Origin: Paraphysomonas bandaiensis
Taxonomy: Eukaryota > Protista > Chrysophyceae
Direction: 5' to 3'
DNA length: 64,000 nt
NCBI GenBank assembly: GCA_965644295.1
Contig: CBFFRP010000378.1
Coordinates: 124,001-188,000, forward strand
Below, in pieces: positions 21,590 to 34,217 of the stretch; position 1 is the stretch's first letter, and each line of letters starts with the position of its first letter. Below the pieces are notes generated by a model. It had not been told where the DNA came from. It did no database searches and was given only the letters and a program-made list of their open reading frames with translations. A program made the position numbers and the translations under genes.

Positions 21590-23375
21590 TGATCATATAA
21601 AGGGGTGAATCAACAGGTCATTCCCTCTATTAGTGATAGTATCGTCACCTTCTTGTGTGTTATATCATGAGTTCATTATCTACTTTAATTCTAGTTTACT
21701 TCTATGTGATTGTGTTGTGTGGGGTGTTGTTTATCACACATGCGAATGTATACAGTGAGATGACTCCTCTCAGCAGTAAACTCATTCAAACACATCAAGT
21801 AGATAAGAAATTTTATATTTACCCTCTCGATCAAAAGTTTTGGTGGAGATGGCCTGATCCAGATGCGAACTGCAGTCATCATAACTATCTAAGTCATTCG
21901 CATGCACTAAACTCTGGTGAGTGGCGACAGTTGCAATAAAACTTACCTGATTATTGTTTTTTGTTATTAAGGGATGGGAAATGTGTTGGACTTAGACTCT
22001 GGTATGATGAATACTTGGCATGACAGTATGTTCAACTCGATATTCAACCGCCTTAAGCGGAGCAAGCGGAGAACATATGACCCAGAGGAGGTGCGACATA
22101 CTGATTCTACATTATGTTCATTGACATTATATGTAGGCTTCTTTGTTTGTGATTCCTTATGATTTGGGTTTGGATGGCTACATAGCCCCTAATTGTCGCC
22201 TTCGTAAGAGATGCTCAAAGAAGTTTGTGGAAGAACTGAAGTCCTATCTCTTGGGGCAAAAGTACTTCCCCAGGACTAATGGAACCGATCACGTAGTTCT
22301 CTGGAGTCTTGGTATGTATCATCCCTGGCCTCGAAATGGAGGCAACGATATTCTTGCAAAATTTTGCAAACACTGTGTGACGACATGTTATTGGATGGAT
22401 CCTGTTGCTCCGATGAACTTCATGTCGGTACCTTTCCCCTCCTCTTACCACTGGTGGGATGGAATCAAAACTATCCCGTGGGACGATTCCACTGCCTCAG
22501 AACGTACAATACAGGCGCTCTATATTGGAGCTACCTTGACAAGAAACCCAGACCACACAAGGATTCGACGAGCCATGGCTGCTCAGTGTGAAGCCCACGT
22601 GAACTGCACCTGGTTGCAAATCTCACATTCTTCTATGGACAATAGTCTAAAGGACTTCATTTCGTCGTACCGGAGAAGTGTGTTTTGTCTATGTCCACCT
22701 GGTGATGACCCTGCTCGTAAGGCCTTGTTTGATATTCTTTTGTCTGGATGTATCCCTGTTATTTTTCACGTGAGCGCTCTATTCAATCAATACCTGTGGC
22801 ATATTGGGGAGAAACTTGCTCGAGAGATCAGTGTCAATATCCCTGGTCGTCAAGTTAGTGCGCGTAAACTTCAGTTTATGGATTTTCTGTTAAACATTAG
22901 CCCGGAGACTATTCGCCGTAAACAGAGAGCTATAGCGGAATTGGCACCAAGGCTGCAATATTCCATGCCTCCTCTTCATATGCTTTCTAATATTAGCGAC
23001 GAAACGCCATGGGATCCGCCATTTAGAGATGCAGTTGATGTCATGTTGGATGGAATGGTAGATAGAGCAGAGAAGTTAGCTAGGAATGAGTCCACTGGAT
23101 ACCCGGAGATACAGCTTGACCACCGAGAGTGGTCGCAGAGGTATTCTCTCCCAAGCACGTAGTATCTATGAGTAAAATGCTGCGGACTTCGTATAGATAT
23201 TCCAATTGAAGTATTTGATATTCCGCTTATTAGGGTAGAATGTTTTTGGTTAGAGAATACAGAATACAACACGAAGAAGATAATAGTTATGCTCTCTCTG
23301 TATCAATATGATGGTAGTGGGTGTTATGAACCTGATATACGGTTAATTTACAATTAATTATTTAGGCTTTAGTGT
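21590..23375 (+). repeat. Right arm of the inverted duplication
   Basis: See partner arm at 15170-16965. Confidence 0.9.
21667..23162 (+). CDS. Exostosin-family glycosyltransferase (GT47), copy 2, 3 exons
   Basis: Near-identical inverted paralog of 15378-16888 with the same exon structure. Confidence 0.88.
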
Positions 23376-23762
23376 AATGCTTCTGCATATTTTATCTTAT
23401 TATCAAGCGGCGAGTGTGGTTCGTTGCAATTAGCCCTCACAATTGCGTTATACGTGTTAGTTGCTAATGTCGCACTTTTTTTCTACTTGTGCATAGTGGT
23501 TTATCAATTTTTGTAATATGGGTATGTACACGTTGCATCGATGCAAAGTAAAAGTGTGTTGTAAAAGGTGAATTATATATAGACTTAGCTGATGTTGGAA
23601 GCGGAAAAGAACTAAACTTTAACAAGAAATCACCTACATTAGATATGTTATGACGTGGTTACTAAATACAGCTTAGGTCTAGCGCTCTTACTTATACGTG
23701 TAACTATCGCGCTTGTAAATATGTAACTACAAATAACTATGCCGGAAACGGGGAAGATGTTT

Positions 23763-24929
23763 TTACAACACATCGGCCATACCTTCAAACTCTATCCATA
23801 AGTCTTCGATACCCTGGCCTTTCCTATTCTCGTGGTCTCTATGCGATATACGGAAATAAACCATTCGTCTCACTTCATGGGAATAGTTAGGCCCCCCTCT
23901 ATGAGCCAATTTCTGATGCAGGAGTACTACATCGCCTGGGTGCAAAAGAAGTTGTGTAGGTTCGCCAAGATTAGGTCGTGCAACGGTTTGAGGCTCTCTG
24001 GAGGCAGCAAATTGACGTATATACGGCTGTAGAGAGTAATGACTACCGGGAAATACACAGAGATTTCCAGCGAAAGGTTCCATTTGATCACTGAGTGCGA
24101 TCCCAACGAGAAGAGTAAATGGAGAGATATCGCCCTTGTTTATTCCATCTGTATGCCAGTGCATACCACCTAATTGTCCATGCGCAGGTGCGTCTACCAT
24201 TTGCGGAAAACGGAGAGCAATCTGACAAGCGTGAACATGGTTGAGTTTAATTTGCTCTTCAGCATGACCACTTCCCCATAGCGATACAGTAGTGCGTGAT
24301 ACCTTTTCACAACTACTGTCGCCATGAAGAAGCAGAGACACAGAGGTAGCCAAAGGGGTGGAGTAATAGAGCGACATGAGATCAGGGTCGTTGGAATGCA
24401 TGTTTGTCAGTTTATTATCTCCCTCACGTGTCAGTCCCTGCGGGTTTCCCTCAACAGCGCTTCCTATCAGGAAATTAATTCGTTTGATAGCACGTAAACA
24501 GAGACTTCTTGGTATATATCCTTTTAGCACTGCATAGCCATCAACAAGTAAGGTAAGCTTAACCTCCGATGAGAAGGATTCACACGGCCCGCGATACATA
24601 TCCACCGTTTCTACACAGGGCGATCGTTGTGCATGACTTCGACCACCACTGACCCAATTAACCAGCCTCTGGCCAATACCAGCTACTGATTTACTGTCAT
24701 CTAGCCACACATCTAACTTAGATGACCACTGCGGATCATAAACCATATACTGAAGTTTTCCTTCTTGATAAAGCTTCCGTAAACGTGGTCGTGACATTAA
24801 TACCTGTTGTCCGAAGGAACTATCAAGCCATTGAACTTTCTCTTGTGGTGTGATACACTCTGAATATCTCTCTTTACATGCCAATGAGCTCATTAGACAA
24901 ACTATCGACCCCTTGTTTAAATCAAACAC
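23763..24929 (-). CDS. Phytanoyl-CoA dioxygenase (PhyH)-family Fe(II)/2-oxoglutarate dioxygenase; true start uncertain
   Basis: DGYAVLKG, WHTDG (HxD), GNLCVFPGSH, PGDVVLLHQKLAHRGGPN..R.MVYFR. Confidence 0.85.
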   Translation of the reverse strand: MFDLNKGSIVCLMSSLACKERYSECITPQEKVQWLDSSFGQQVLMSRPRLRKLYQEGKLQYMVYDPQWSSKLDVWLDDSKSVAGIGQRLVNWVSGGRSHAQRSPCVETVDMYRGPCESFSSEVKLTLLVDGYAVLKGYIPRSLCLRAIKRINFLIGSAVEGNPQGLTREGDNKLTNMHSNDPDLMSLYYSTPLATSVSLLLHGDSSCEKVSRTTVSLWGSGHAEEQIKLNHVHACQIALRFPQMVDAPAHGQLGGMHWHTDGINKGDISPFTLLVGIALSDQMEPFAGNLCVFPGSHYSLQPYIRQFAASREPQTVARPNLGEPTQLLLHPGDVVLLHQKLAHRGGPNYSHEVRRMVYFRISHRDHENRKGQGIEDLWIEFEGMADVL

Positions 24930-25398
24930 GCTAGATTAATCGATACATATTCATTTCTCAACTGAAATGAATGATACAGTGACGAAAAATGTCTAATCAG
25001 TGATATTTAATGGGATTGGAAGCTAGTAGTGATGCAAGTATACATATGTATATAATGTATGTATTAAATCAGTTTATATTCCATTGACTTCGAAGTTTAA
25101 TCATTGGCATCTGATTGGCTTAAGATATACTTCATAGCGTCATCCAATTCACTCTTATATAATGGACTATCTTAACTCATTTCATATACCCATATCATTT
25201 CATATCATATCACATACTCTACTGTGTACACTTTATATCGAAAATCAGGGGTTTTGTTTTCTTTGCAGAGATTTTATTGGACAAGATTTCTTCCTTATTT
25301 CCACGCACCTTGAGCAATATACAGTACATACATGACACAACTCACGCTATTAAATCCACTGCACTGAACATAAACATATGACATATTGCTAAGTGTTC

Positions 25399-26028
25399 AT
25401 GTCGAAACCAAGTCAGCGATTATTCAGCCTCTTAACAAAGCATCATGGCAAAACAAAATTAAACCAATCCCTTTCAATCAATGCAGTAACAGCTGCTCAA
25501 TCTAACCCCACCCTTATTGAGATCAAACATCGCGTTGGTAAGCCATCACTACATATTCCCATCGAAAATTGGATACATTCTCGGGATTTATGTGTTGGAA
25601 GATGGCTTGCTGAAGATGGAAACGAATATAAACTTCCTGCTGGGACATATTCTTGGGGAATATGGTGGTCAGATAAACGTATTGGCGCTTACCGTTTACA
25701 TGACAGCTATGGCAATATTGTATCATACCGTTTAGATGTATTGAAAGAAATGCAATGCAGTGTATTTGATTGCAAACCTGCTATTGAATTTTCCGATCTC
25801 GTGGTGGATATGTGGTTGTTTCCGGACGATACGGGTAGGGTTGACCCCAGAGATGTGGTTGTAGAAGATGAAGATGAGGCGAAACAATTGCATAGAGATG
25901 GCGTTTTATCTGCAGAAGAGATGGATATAATTGGCTCTACAGTCAATTATGTTCTGAAGCGTCCTCAGGAGACTGTCCGAGCTATAGATGCAGCCATAGA
26001 TACTGCTGTCGCATCAGCAATGAATTGA
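25399..26028 (+). CDS. DUF402/FomD-like protein with a possible organellar presequence
   Basis: Y.LD...DLVVDMWLFPD...VEDEDE acidic pattern typical of DUF402. The N-terminus is basic and Ser-rich. Confidence 0.6.
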   Translation: MSKPSQRLFSLLTKHHGKTKLNQSLSINAVTAAQSNPTLIEIKHRVGKPSLHIPIENWIHSRDLCVGRWLAEDGNEYKLPAGTYSWGIWWSDKRIGAYRLHDSYGNIVSYRLDVLKEMQCSVFDCKPAIEFSDLVVDMWLFPDDTGRVDPRDVVVEDEDEAKQLHRDGVLSAEEMDIIGSTVNYVLKRPQETVRAIDAAIDTAVASAMN

Positions 26029-27995
26029 TTAGCCCTATCAGGTGTACGTGTTAAAATGTGAAAGTGCTGTGTATATATTAAATCTATATCAAAAGCATTT
26101 CTTGAGCTGAACCTCCGCTTTTAGTATTTTATAATTTAGATTTCTTTCGCCAGAGTACTTTCTGTTTTCATGGTACCTATGGAGTTGGAAAAAAAATAAT
26201 GTAAATATATTTCATATTCTTTATGAAACTTATGCAATTCTTGATACTACCTACACTAGTTATAACTCTTTATGAATTTTGGCACCATATGGAATAAATA
26301 TTTTTCCTTGCTGATGATTCTTTGTGACTCATTATATAGCTATGAGCAAGTAAGGATATAATTTTCCGTACGAATTATCAGAAGAGATGATAACTGGTTT
26401 GTTGCACATGCTTGGGGCGATGAGGTAACACTAGTATTATGTACTAGAAGGCAGTATGAAGCAACCGCTAAGTAGTATCAAAAGTAGCAATGTTGAATTA
26501 GCTACTATATGAGCAATTTCGAATCTTTTGCAATCCTAGTTACGTTATAAACCATAGGTTATTTCTAAAATTTGATGGGATACGCTGCCGACCCACTAAC
26601 ACTATACCAATCACGCCACGGAGAAAGGTACAGTTGTAGGAGAAAGCAATCCAGCACCAACCCTTATCGCCGTCACCAATATCTGTGATCACACAGTAAT
26701 ATGGTCAGTGAAAGGAATTCCGATACATATGACACAAGTACAGAGCACCGATTCTTTATTGACACTCACTACGCCGGATTTCGGGGACTTCACTACTAAA
26801 ACGTAAATACGCAACATACTCGACAAAGGTTCAAAGTTTGTGGTAAAGGCTTAAAATTTACATTGGTATGTCCTATCTTTAGTCAGACCAAACTTTCACC
26901 CATTCCGTATAAAGATATCAGATAATGATATATTGCCCAAATATATATGTTCGTTCGTCTTCTTCTCCTTAAAATATGGATACAATATATATATTGCTAA
27001 TACGAGAGAAGAGCACTAAATACATGGGTAATGATGTTCGTTAAGAGAAGACTACGCTCTGGTCCCGTATTAGAGGTCTGACTAATTTATAAGTGAGTGC
27101 TACATGATATCATTGATTGGTGATAATGTCACATTCCGAGGGCGTACCCTTTTGATTGGTAAATATATTGGAATCACACTATCGAAATAAGGCCAATAAG
27201 TATGCTAAGATACTGCTGCCCTGTACGTGGCTGACCAGATATGGCGATTGATGGTACAGTTTTTTTGTGAATCTTCTGTACAATATACCCACTTTTTACA
27301 CAAACGTAGTAGAAAATCCACCTTTTCCACAAGTACTAGTAACAGAAATCCCACTTTTTCCAAACGAAATTCTATACCTTTTCATTTCGTCTACAATGAT
27401 TCACAGATGTTCATTCTTCCTCCAAATGAGCCAAGAACTCCCCTTTATGTCACGAAATGGATGTAGCTATGATACATAGTAGCGATTGATTTATCCACTA
27501 AACTTTATTGATGATTATGTTGTGTACTACAGGCTATTTCTAAAATCCTCTGATATTGGTATTTCCTACAAAAATATCCCAGAATTTCTATCTTTTTTTT
27601 TATAAACTTACTGGTTGACCAAAATTTTGTACAGGAATATCACACATCTGTAGACACATAATCCCTGATGACAAAATAACCCATATATGGGATATATATT
27701 ATACTATCGCCATAAAATGTATGATATAGAATAATACACAGCTGTATGTATGTATGTGGGGAAGTTCATCGTACACCGTACAGCAGTAGAATACCACACT
27801 CTATATGCATACATATATCTGCAATCTTCGTGTCATAGTAAACACACATTATTCAGCAATAAATAATCAGATTTCCCCCCCTGTATTTTGCAAGGAAATA
27901 TATCTGTCCCTCCTATTGCATTATTTGTGAGTTCATTGCATTAACTCATCAACACTATACATTAGAGAGGATTGTTAATATATACTATTAATAAC

Positions 27996-29697
27996 ATGGC
28001 TGACTATCCACATCCCCCCATACAATACAAGGAAATGAGAGAGAGAATACGGACAGGATTGCCCTGTAATGAAGCAAGGCAATTGTGGTGGCCGATTCTT
28101 GGTAAGAGAAAGTGAGGAATATGATTGATTGACTTATAGTCTGTTTGTAGTGAAAACCGGATACCATCAGAGCGTGGATCAAGGTAAAAGAACCATATGA
28201 CGCAACAACATGTTTACGTTGACGGTGTTTGTAGTACCTGATATACCTGGGTTAGCGAGAAAACGATGGACATGGGCTCTACAGTCGTTGCATGGGAATG
28301 ACGATCCTGTGGATGTTAATTTGGAGTGGAATGAAATGGAGGAGGGCGAAGTGGCGAAAGAGGTAATGCAGATGCTTATCCGTCAGTATCACATGCCAGA
28401 ACCTGGCTTAGTTGCTTCGCTGGTAAGAACCCTGAGCGCAGTACTGTCCAACCGAGCGATACTGTTCTCAACGTGTTGCGATATAATGGGACGACCGGGA
28501 TGGTTCATTTCCCCAGAGCCTGCAAGTCACCGCTTAAAACTGTTCACCTTCCGCGAGCTCGGAAAGCGCATAATTCCACAGACGTACAGTCAATTAGATG
28601 CCATTGGAGCGCTAACTGACACGTACTTGAATATAATTCTTGTGGATATGATGGCACCGGTTCTCACACCTGAGCAATGTAATAAAGTGGTAAGATATAT
28701 GCACCCAATATTTATAGCATGACGTCATTCCGTGTAGTTGGATGCATACCTTATCGACGGGGTGAAAACACTATACCGTTACGGCCTGGGGCTGTTCAAG
28801 ATGTTTAAAGATCAAATCAAGAAGAAGGTTTACAAAACAGGGGAACAGTTTTGGAGTGCCATGCGAGCATACCACTTGGGAGGTATTGACTTCCAGCAGT
28901 TGTCAGACCTTTCTCTGGACAACCATCGCTCCGTTTTTCAGCGATCTACTGTACCACCACGTACTAAACTTGCTGCGATTGAATTGAAAGCTCGAGAGGC
29001 TCTGGGAGAGACCTTACGTGAACCGTTGGGATTGGACTACGACCCCGCCATGATCGGAGAGTCTTCCTCTACTGGTAACGAAGGAATCAATCCTTCTGAT
29101 TCCATCATACTGGACTCAACTGCATGTTCTACCCTCAATTCATTTCTGCCACCCAGTACTCGCATGGAGGGTATGGATCTCACGTTTTCTACATACAACG
29201 ATGGATGGAGTTTTTTTAATCTATATGAAATGGTTGAACACCTCTCTCCATGTGTCATCCTATTACGTACCGTGGAAACCGACGCCATATTAGGAATGTA
29301 TATGTCAACTCCGATTGCTCCTCCTTCCATGGATGTACGAGGGGACGGCCAGTGTTTCTGCTTTCGCCTGGATGGACCGAATGCCGCTAAATTTCCGTGG
29401 ACCTCACCCGAAGAGAAGATTGGTAGCTCTACTCTTGTCACCGCCACGCAGTTCGCCCACTGTACACCAACTTATATGGCATTCGGCGGGTCAAATCAGC
29501 ACGGGACTAATGCTCTACGCATTGACAGTGATCTCTCACAGGCGTCATCTGGACCGTCAGACACCTACGATAACCCTCCCCTCGCCCCTGAGGAACCACG
29601 ACAGCCGTTTCAGGTGCAGAACGTAGAGGTGTTCTGTGGACGTTCATCGATGGCGAAACATGGACGCTCTAAAAGCGTGCCCCGAAAGGATCGCTAG
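27996..29697 (+). CDS. TBC (Rab-GAP-like) plus TLDc domain protein, TBC1D24-like architecture, multi-exon
   Basis: Exon 1 has MRERIRTGLPCNEARQLWWPIL (TBC motif A). A later exon has DAYLIDGVKTLYRYGL. The C-terminal TLDc region reads FSTYNDGWS...GDGQCFCF...AFGG...ALRIDSDL...SDTYDNPPL...VEVF. Confidence 0.85.
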
Positions 29698-29880
29698 ACG
29701 TTGTTTGGTTGGAGAGGTTTTACTTTCTGTGGTTTGTTATTGATTGGTGATTATGAAGTAGCTATATAAGTGATCGCAATCCAATGTTACTTAATACTTA
29801 GGAGCTCTATTAGCAGTAGAATAATTAATGACGAATAATGGTTAACTTTGTAACTTTGTGCACTACTGAAGACATGTGTC

Positions 29881-29999
29881 CAGGCTTGCGTAACCATTAA
29901 TGGTAATGGCCTTCCCCCATAAAATGGAAAAAAGCAATTTATTAATGGCCATAAAAATGGGGGAAGCAATGCATCGCCATTAATGGTTACGCAAGCCTG
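29881..29999. mobile_element. 119-bp hAT-type MITE
   Basis: Perfect 23-bp TIR CAGGCTTGCGTAACCATTAATGG and perfect 8-bp TSD CATGTGTC (29873-29880 and 30000-30007). Confidence 0.92.
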
Positions 30000-30334
30000 C
30001 ATGTGTCGCTTATTTATGTTTAAGTTCAGTGTCTCTGTCACAAAATATAATTGACGCTTCACGCACGCTAAACACAAGATCATTCGTGTAAAACTCAGAT
30101 AATTTACTCTAATTACTAGATCTCTAGGCCGCATACTATACTACCGGCAAGCAAATGGCATGTAAATATGTAAATATCTAGTCTATAGATATTTCATTTC
30201 CATACAAAAACTGACGTAATGATTCTAATGATAATTAAAATTAAAGATAATATCCAATCATATTGACACAACACCAAAACGTAACCTAGGAAAAACTACT
30301 TCCAATACTTAGTACAATAAAACATTTCCCTTTA

Positions 30335-31789
30335 CTATTCATTCATCCACGATTTAGTCATTCCTAAGTAAAATCCATACCGCTTTGCCTTTTCTAACGC
30401 ATTCTCTAAGCTTTTAGAACGTTTACTATCCGACGGGTTCCAGAACTTTTGCTTCTTCTTGGAGAGACCGTCATTGATCGACTGAAGCTTCTTTAGCATA
30501 TCTTCAGTTGATTGAATATTATGTCTACTTATGAAATCCGCCTGTGTTTGTATGTAAAGATGACATAAAAAAGCAAATATGAATAACATATCTACCTGAA
30601 ACAGTTCGTCACGAAGGGTGTCTGCGTGAACATGTGGTGGCCTGCACCGTGATGTTGGCTTAAACATATCCCCATAACGTACCACCAAAGCATCGGTACC
30701 CTCAGTCAATATTTTGCGTACACGTTCATCCGCACCCTACTCACAAAAAGAGTGAGTCAAATGGTTGAATACTGTAGCCCAGAAATAAATAGGAAAGCTA
30801 TTGCATTGCAGTGCTGTGGTGTAAATACATAGGACTCACACTAACCTCAGTTGGCATATCTATCTGTTTCACAGGCTCAGAGCTATTTATCTCTGTAAAT
30901 AGTGCTGATACCCTTTTCTCATCAACAGTAGGATATACATCAATTAGAATATTGAGATCTTCTTCGTTCCAGTGGCCAGACTGCGACATGAGCATAAGGG
31001 CACCAGCCCTGTGCTGTCCGTCCACTATACCAATTCTCCCATTTTCCACATCCCTGAAACATAAAGAGGCAAGATTATTGGTGGATTCAAAGTTTATCGC
31101 CGCAATAATGTACAGCTGTAATATATTCATACATACCTATATAGTGTGATTACACCGGGAAGTCCCGCTTCCGCACCACCCTCTGTGATCTTGGCTTTAG
31201 CAATTTTCTCTGATCTATCTGGACGGAGAATACGTTGTTTTTTCCAGACAGGGGCTTGTACAAGTCCTCGCACACTGGTTACATATACTTGCTTATACTT
31301 TAAGTCACATACTAACTTTCCTAGTATTGGGTGGGGCTCTATCATACTGACCGGGTCAGGTGCTGCTTCATTTACGGTGCAGCCAGACTCAGGAGACTGT
31401 AACTCTTGATGTACTTTGAGTGGAATTTCCGGTGGGGTCGGAGGTGGCACAGTCATACTAGCAGTTGTGGTACTGTTAGATTCCGTTTTACTTTGCTGTG
31501 CTGAAAGAAGTGGATCTGTCTGCTTATCTGCAATGAAACCCCAACGCTGAGCAAGAAATACTTTCGTGTCTTCAGGCATCCTTCTTGCCATCATCTCAAG
31601 AACACTTCCTTTCATCTTATTGAGAAATTCATTAGCATTTTCATGCAATTCGTGTTGTGTGGATTCTAATTTGGGTTTAGCAGTTGTCCAGATATCATTA
31701 AAACTCTTAAATGAAGGCATGTTGGAGTGAAAGCACTTGGTGACTCTCACTACAGTGCCATAACGAACATGACGAGACAATGGTTGCAT
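30335..31789 (-). CDS. DGQHR-motif (ParB/DndB-like) domain protein, multi-exon
   Basis: QRIL...PGVITLY|..IGIVDGQHRAGAL...LFTEINSSEPV...RPPH pieced together from ORFs 31127-31927, 30798-31130 and 30335-30709. Likely start is MQPLSRHVRYG at 31789. Confidence 0.75.
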
Positions 31790-32274
31790 ATTTGATGCAA
31801 GGTATTGAAGGGTAAATGAATTTGCACTATGAACGGTGCCTAACTGCTCTCTATCTATGTGTACGTATATCTCACTATGCATGCATATACAGCAGTACAC
31901 ACTCTGTATACTATACACCAACCACACTCTGTGTACACATGTCCTTGTACAGACATCATGTACAGTAGATTGTACAAGCGAGTAGTTCCTACATAGATGC
32001 CATCAATTGGGACTGTAAAATCCATGAAAAAATTCCAAAAAGTAGAGTTTTGCCCTATATGTATAAAAATAGGGACATGCAATGCTGTACAGCAGTATGT
32101 ACATATAGAAAATTTACGAAATTTTGGAAGTGTGAATATGAATAATATGTATGATATTATGTCGTTATGTGGTAGCAGGTTGCTGGTAACAGCAGTGTAG
32201 CTATCTGAATATATATGTATATATAGTCATTGCTATTGTTTTCCTTGGAATATATAATCTATAGATTAATAAAC

Positions 32275-33498
32275 ATGCCTCCTACTGATACAGATGAACA
32301 CAATTCATTAACTGACTCTACTGATCTATATCAAGTATGTATTCTATAGTCTGATGTAACTGTTATCTGATGTGTGTCTTCAGACTCAAGATGATACAGA
32401 CAGATCCCATATTGAAGAACACTCACCCATATCAACTAACGATGATACTAATACGGTAATGTTATGAGTATTCATATATATGTTTTTGTCTAATTACAAT
32501 ACTAGAAATTGATAGATTTATCATGTGAGATATGCCGTAGCGAAGATGACTGTGAAGATACAGCTGTATCGGTGAGTATTAAACCCTTCACATGTATTAC
32601 ATAATCAATTAGATTATTTAGGATACTCTCGACGTACAGCCCAAGAAAGAAGATGATGAGTTGCCGACAGAACAGTCCGACCTAATCACAGGCGATGTGT
32701 CGGCGTCATTGGACTCTTTTATGAAGCAATCAGACGAGTTGTTTTCGCATTTGGAGGGTTTACGGCTCTCTCACCTTTCTCGAGAGCAGCAGGAGGAACA
32801 AAGACTGAAAGAGCAGCGACAGGCAGTTCAGAAGGAAGTTTCCTCCGATCTGGACAATCTTGTGGAATACATGCGCTCGGTGGATAAGCGCAGTATTCAT
32901 CGGATTGAAGGTTCCCTTTCACCCCATGAAGCCACTCCGCACACTCCCTTAGAAGCACAACCAAGTGAATTGCTATTAGCTGCCGTATCATCAACCGGCT
33001 ATCTCAATAATATCCAAGTGAGACCTTCTCGAATCTCCACAGCTGTTGGACGACAAACAGTAACGAATACGGAGAATAAAGAGACTAAACCACCCAAGCG
33101 CAATGTAAATGCGATGATCCAAGAACACAAAGACGAAGAAGAGTGGCTCCGAGAACTGGTAGAGGCCAGTCGTGTGGAACCAGAAGATGAATTGTTGACG
33201 GTTAGCAGCGACGATGAAGGCGAAGATGATATGGATGGATACACAGACGAACAATTACACGCGATGTTAAAGAAAGACAGTGAATCTTCTTTAGAGGTCA
33301 AGTATTACATGCTACTACAATATATCGTTATTCATGGTTGTATTATAGAGAGTGCAGCACATTGTTATAAATAGACCGCCAGATGTATCGAGTGATGACA
33401 AAGCAGGGTTCTGGAGCAGTATGTTTATGTGTACAGCCAATTCAGGTGATACACTCCGCTTGAAATATGTTTTTTAATTAAGTGTTGTACAGATTAAT
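32275..33498 (+). CDS. Uncharacterized acidic coiled-coil protein, multi-exon; boundaries approximate
   Basis: Short GT-AG-bounded exons from ATG 32275 lead into the long 32661-33300 exon, which is E/D/Q-rich. Confidence 0.5.
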
Positions 33499-34217
33499 AA
33501 AGTTTTATGTGATGCGTTGGAATGATTGGAGATATAAACTATAACCTTCTAGAGAAACTACATGGATATATGGTCGTGTGAATTGGCTAAAGTAGCTAAT
33601 ACATTTTTTTACAGTAATATATATTTTTTTTGTTTCTTATATCTTCTTCTGTCTTCCTCCTGCAACACTACTGACCTCGAATTCTCAAATTTTAAATTTG
33701 AACAGAAGAGGTTGATGCAAGGCTGTAACCTTACAAATTACAAATTGGGTAGATGTGTTACATAGTACATAGAGAATAGCCTAATTTTTCTCTGCTTTAT
33801 ATGCTATGATTGGTCTGCATATTGCATTATCAGCTCAAATTAAAAACTACTATAGTACTACGCCTTGTATATTTTTCGTAACATAATTCTAATAAAGCTT
33901 TGTCTTGTTATTAGTATTTATGTATACGGCAATATTCTATATCTATATATAATTCTAGCGCGGCTGCTTCAACAACAATGTGATTAGTTATATTTTTCCT
34001 GCTTCTGTATTTTACTAGCTCACTTTAAATCGACGATGAGCTTACAAACATTTCATCAAAAAAATATGAAAGATAAAAGACGAATGTTGTGCACTTCACT
34101 CATAACCGTACATATATGACCTGCTGAAACACAAACAGAAGAGATTCATATATTGTTTAATAAGATTCAAATGTTTACTCAGCATTCAATTTCGAATATA
34201 TACATGCAAGTACCACA

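Noticed and set aside
27227-27479. ORFs upstream of the TBC-TLDc gene as its first exon
   Set aside because: No family motif; the TBC motif-bearing exon starts at ATG 27996.
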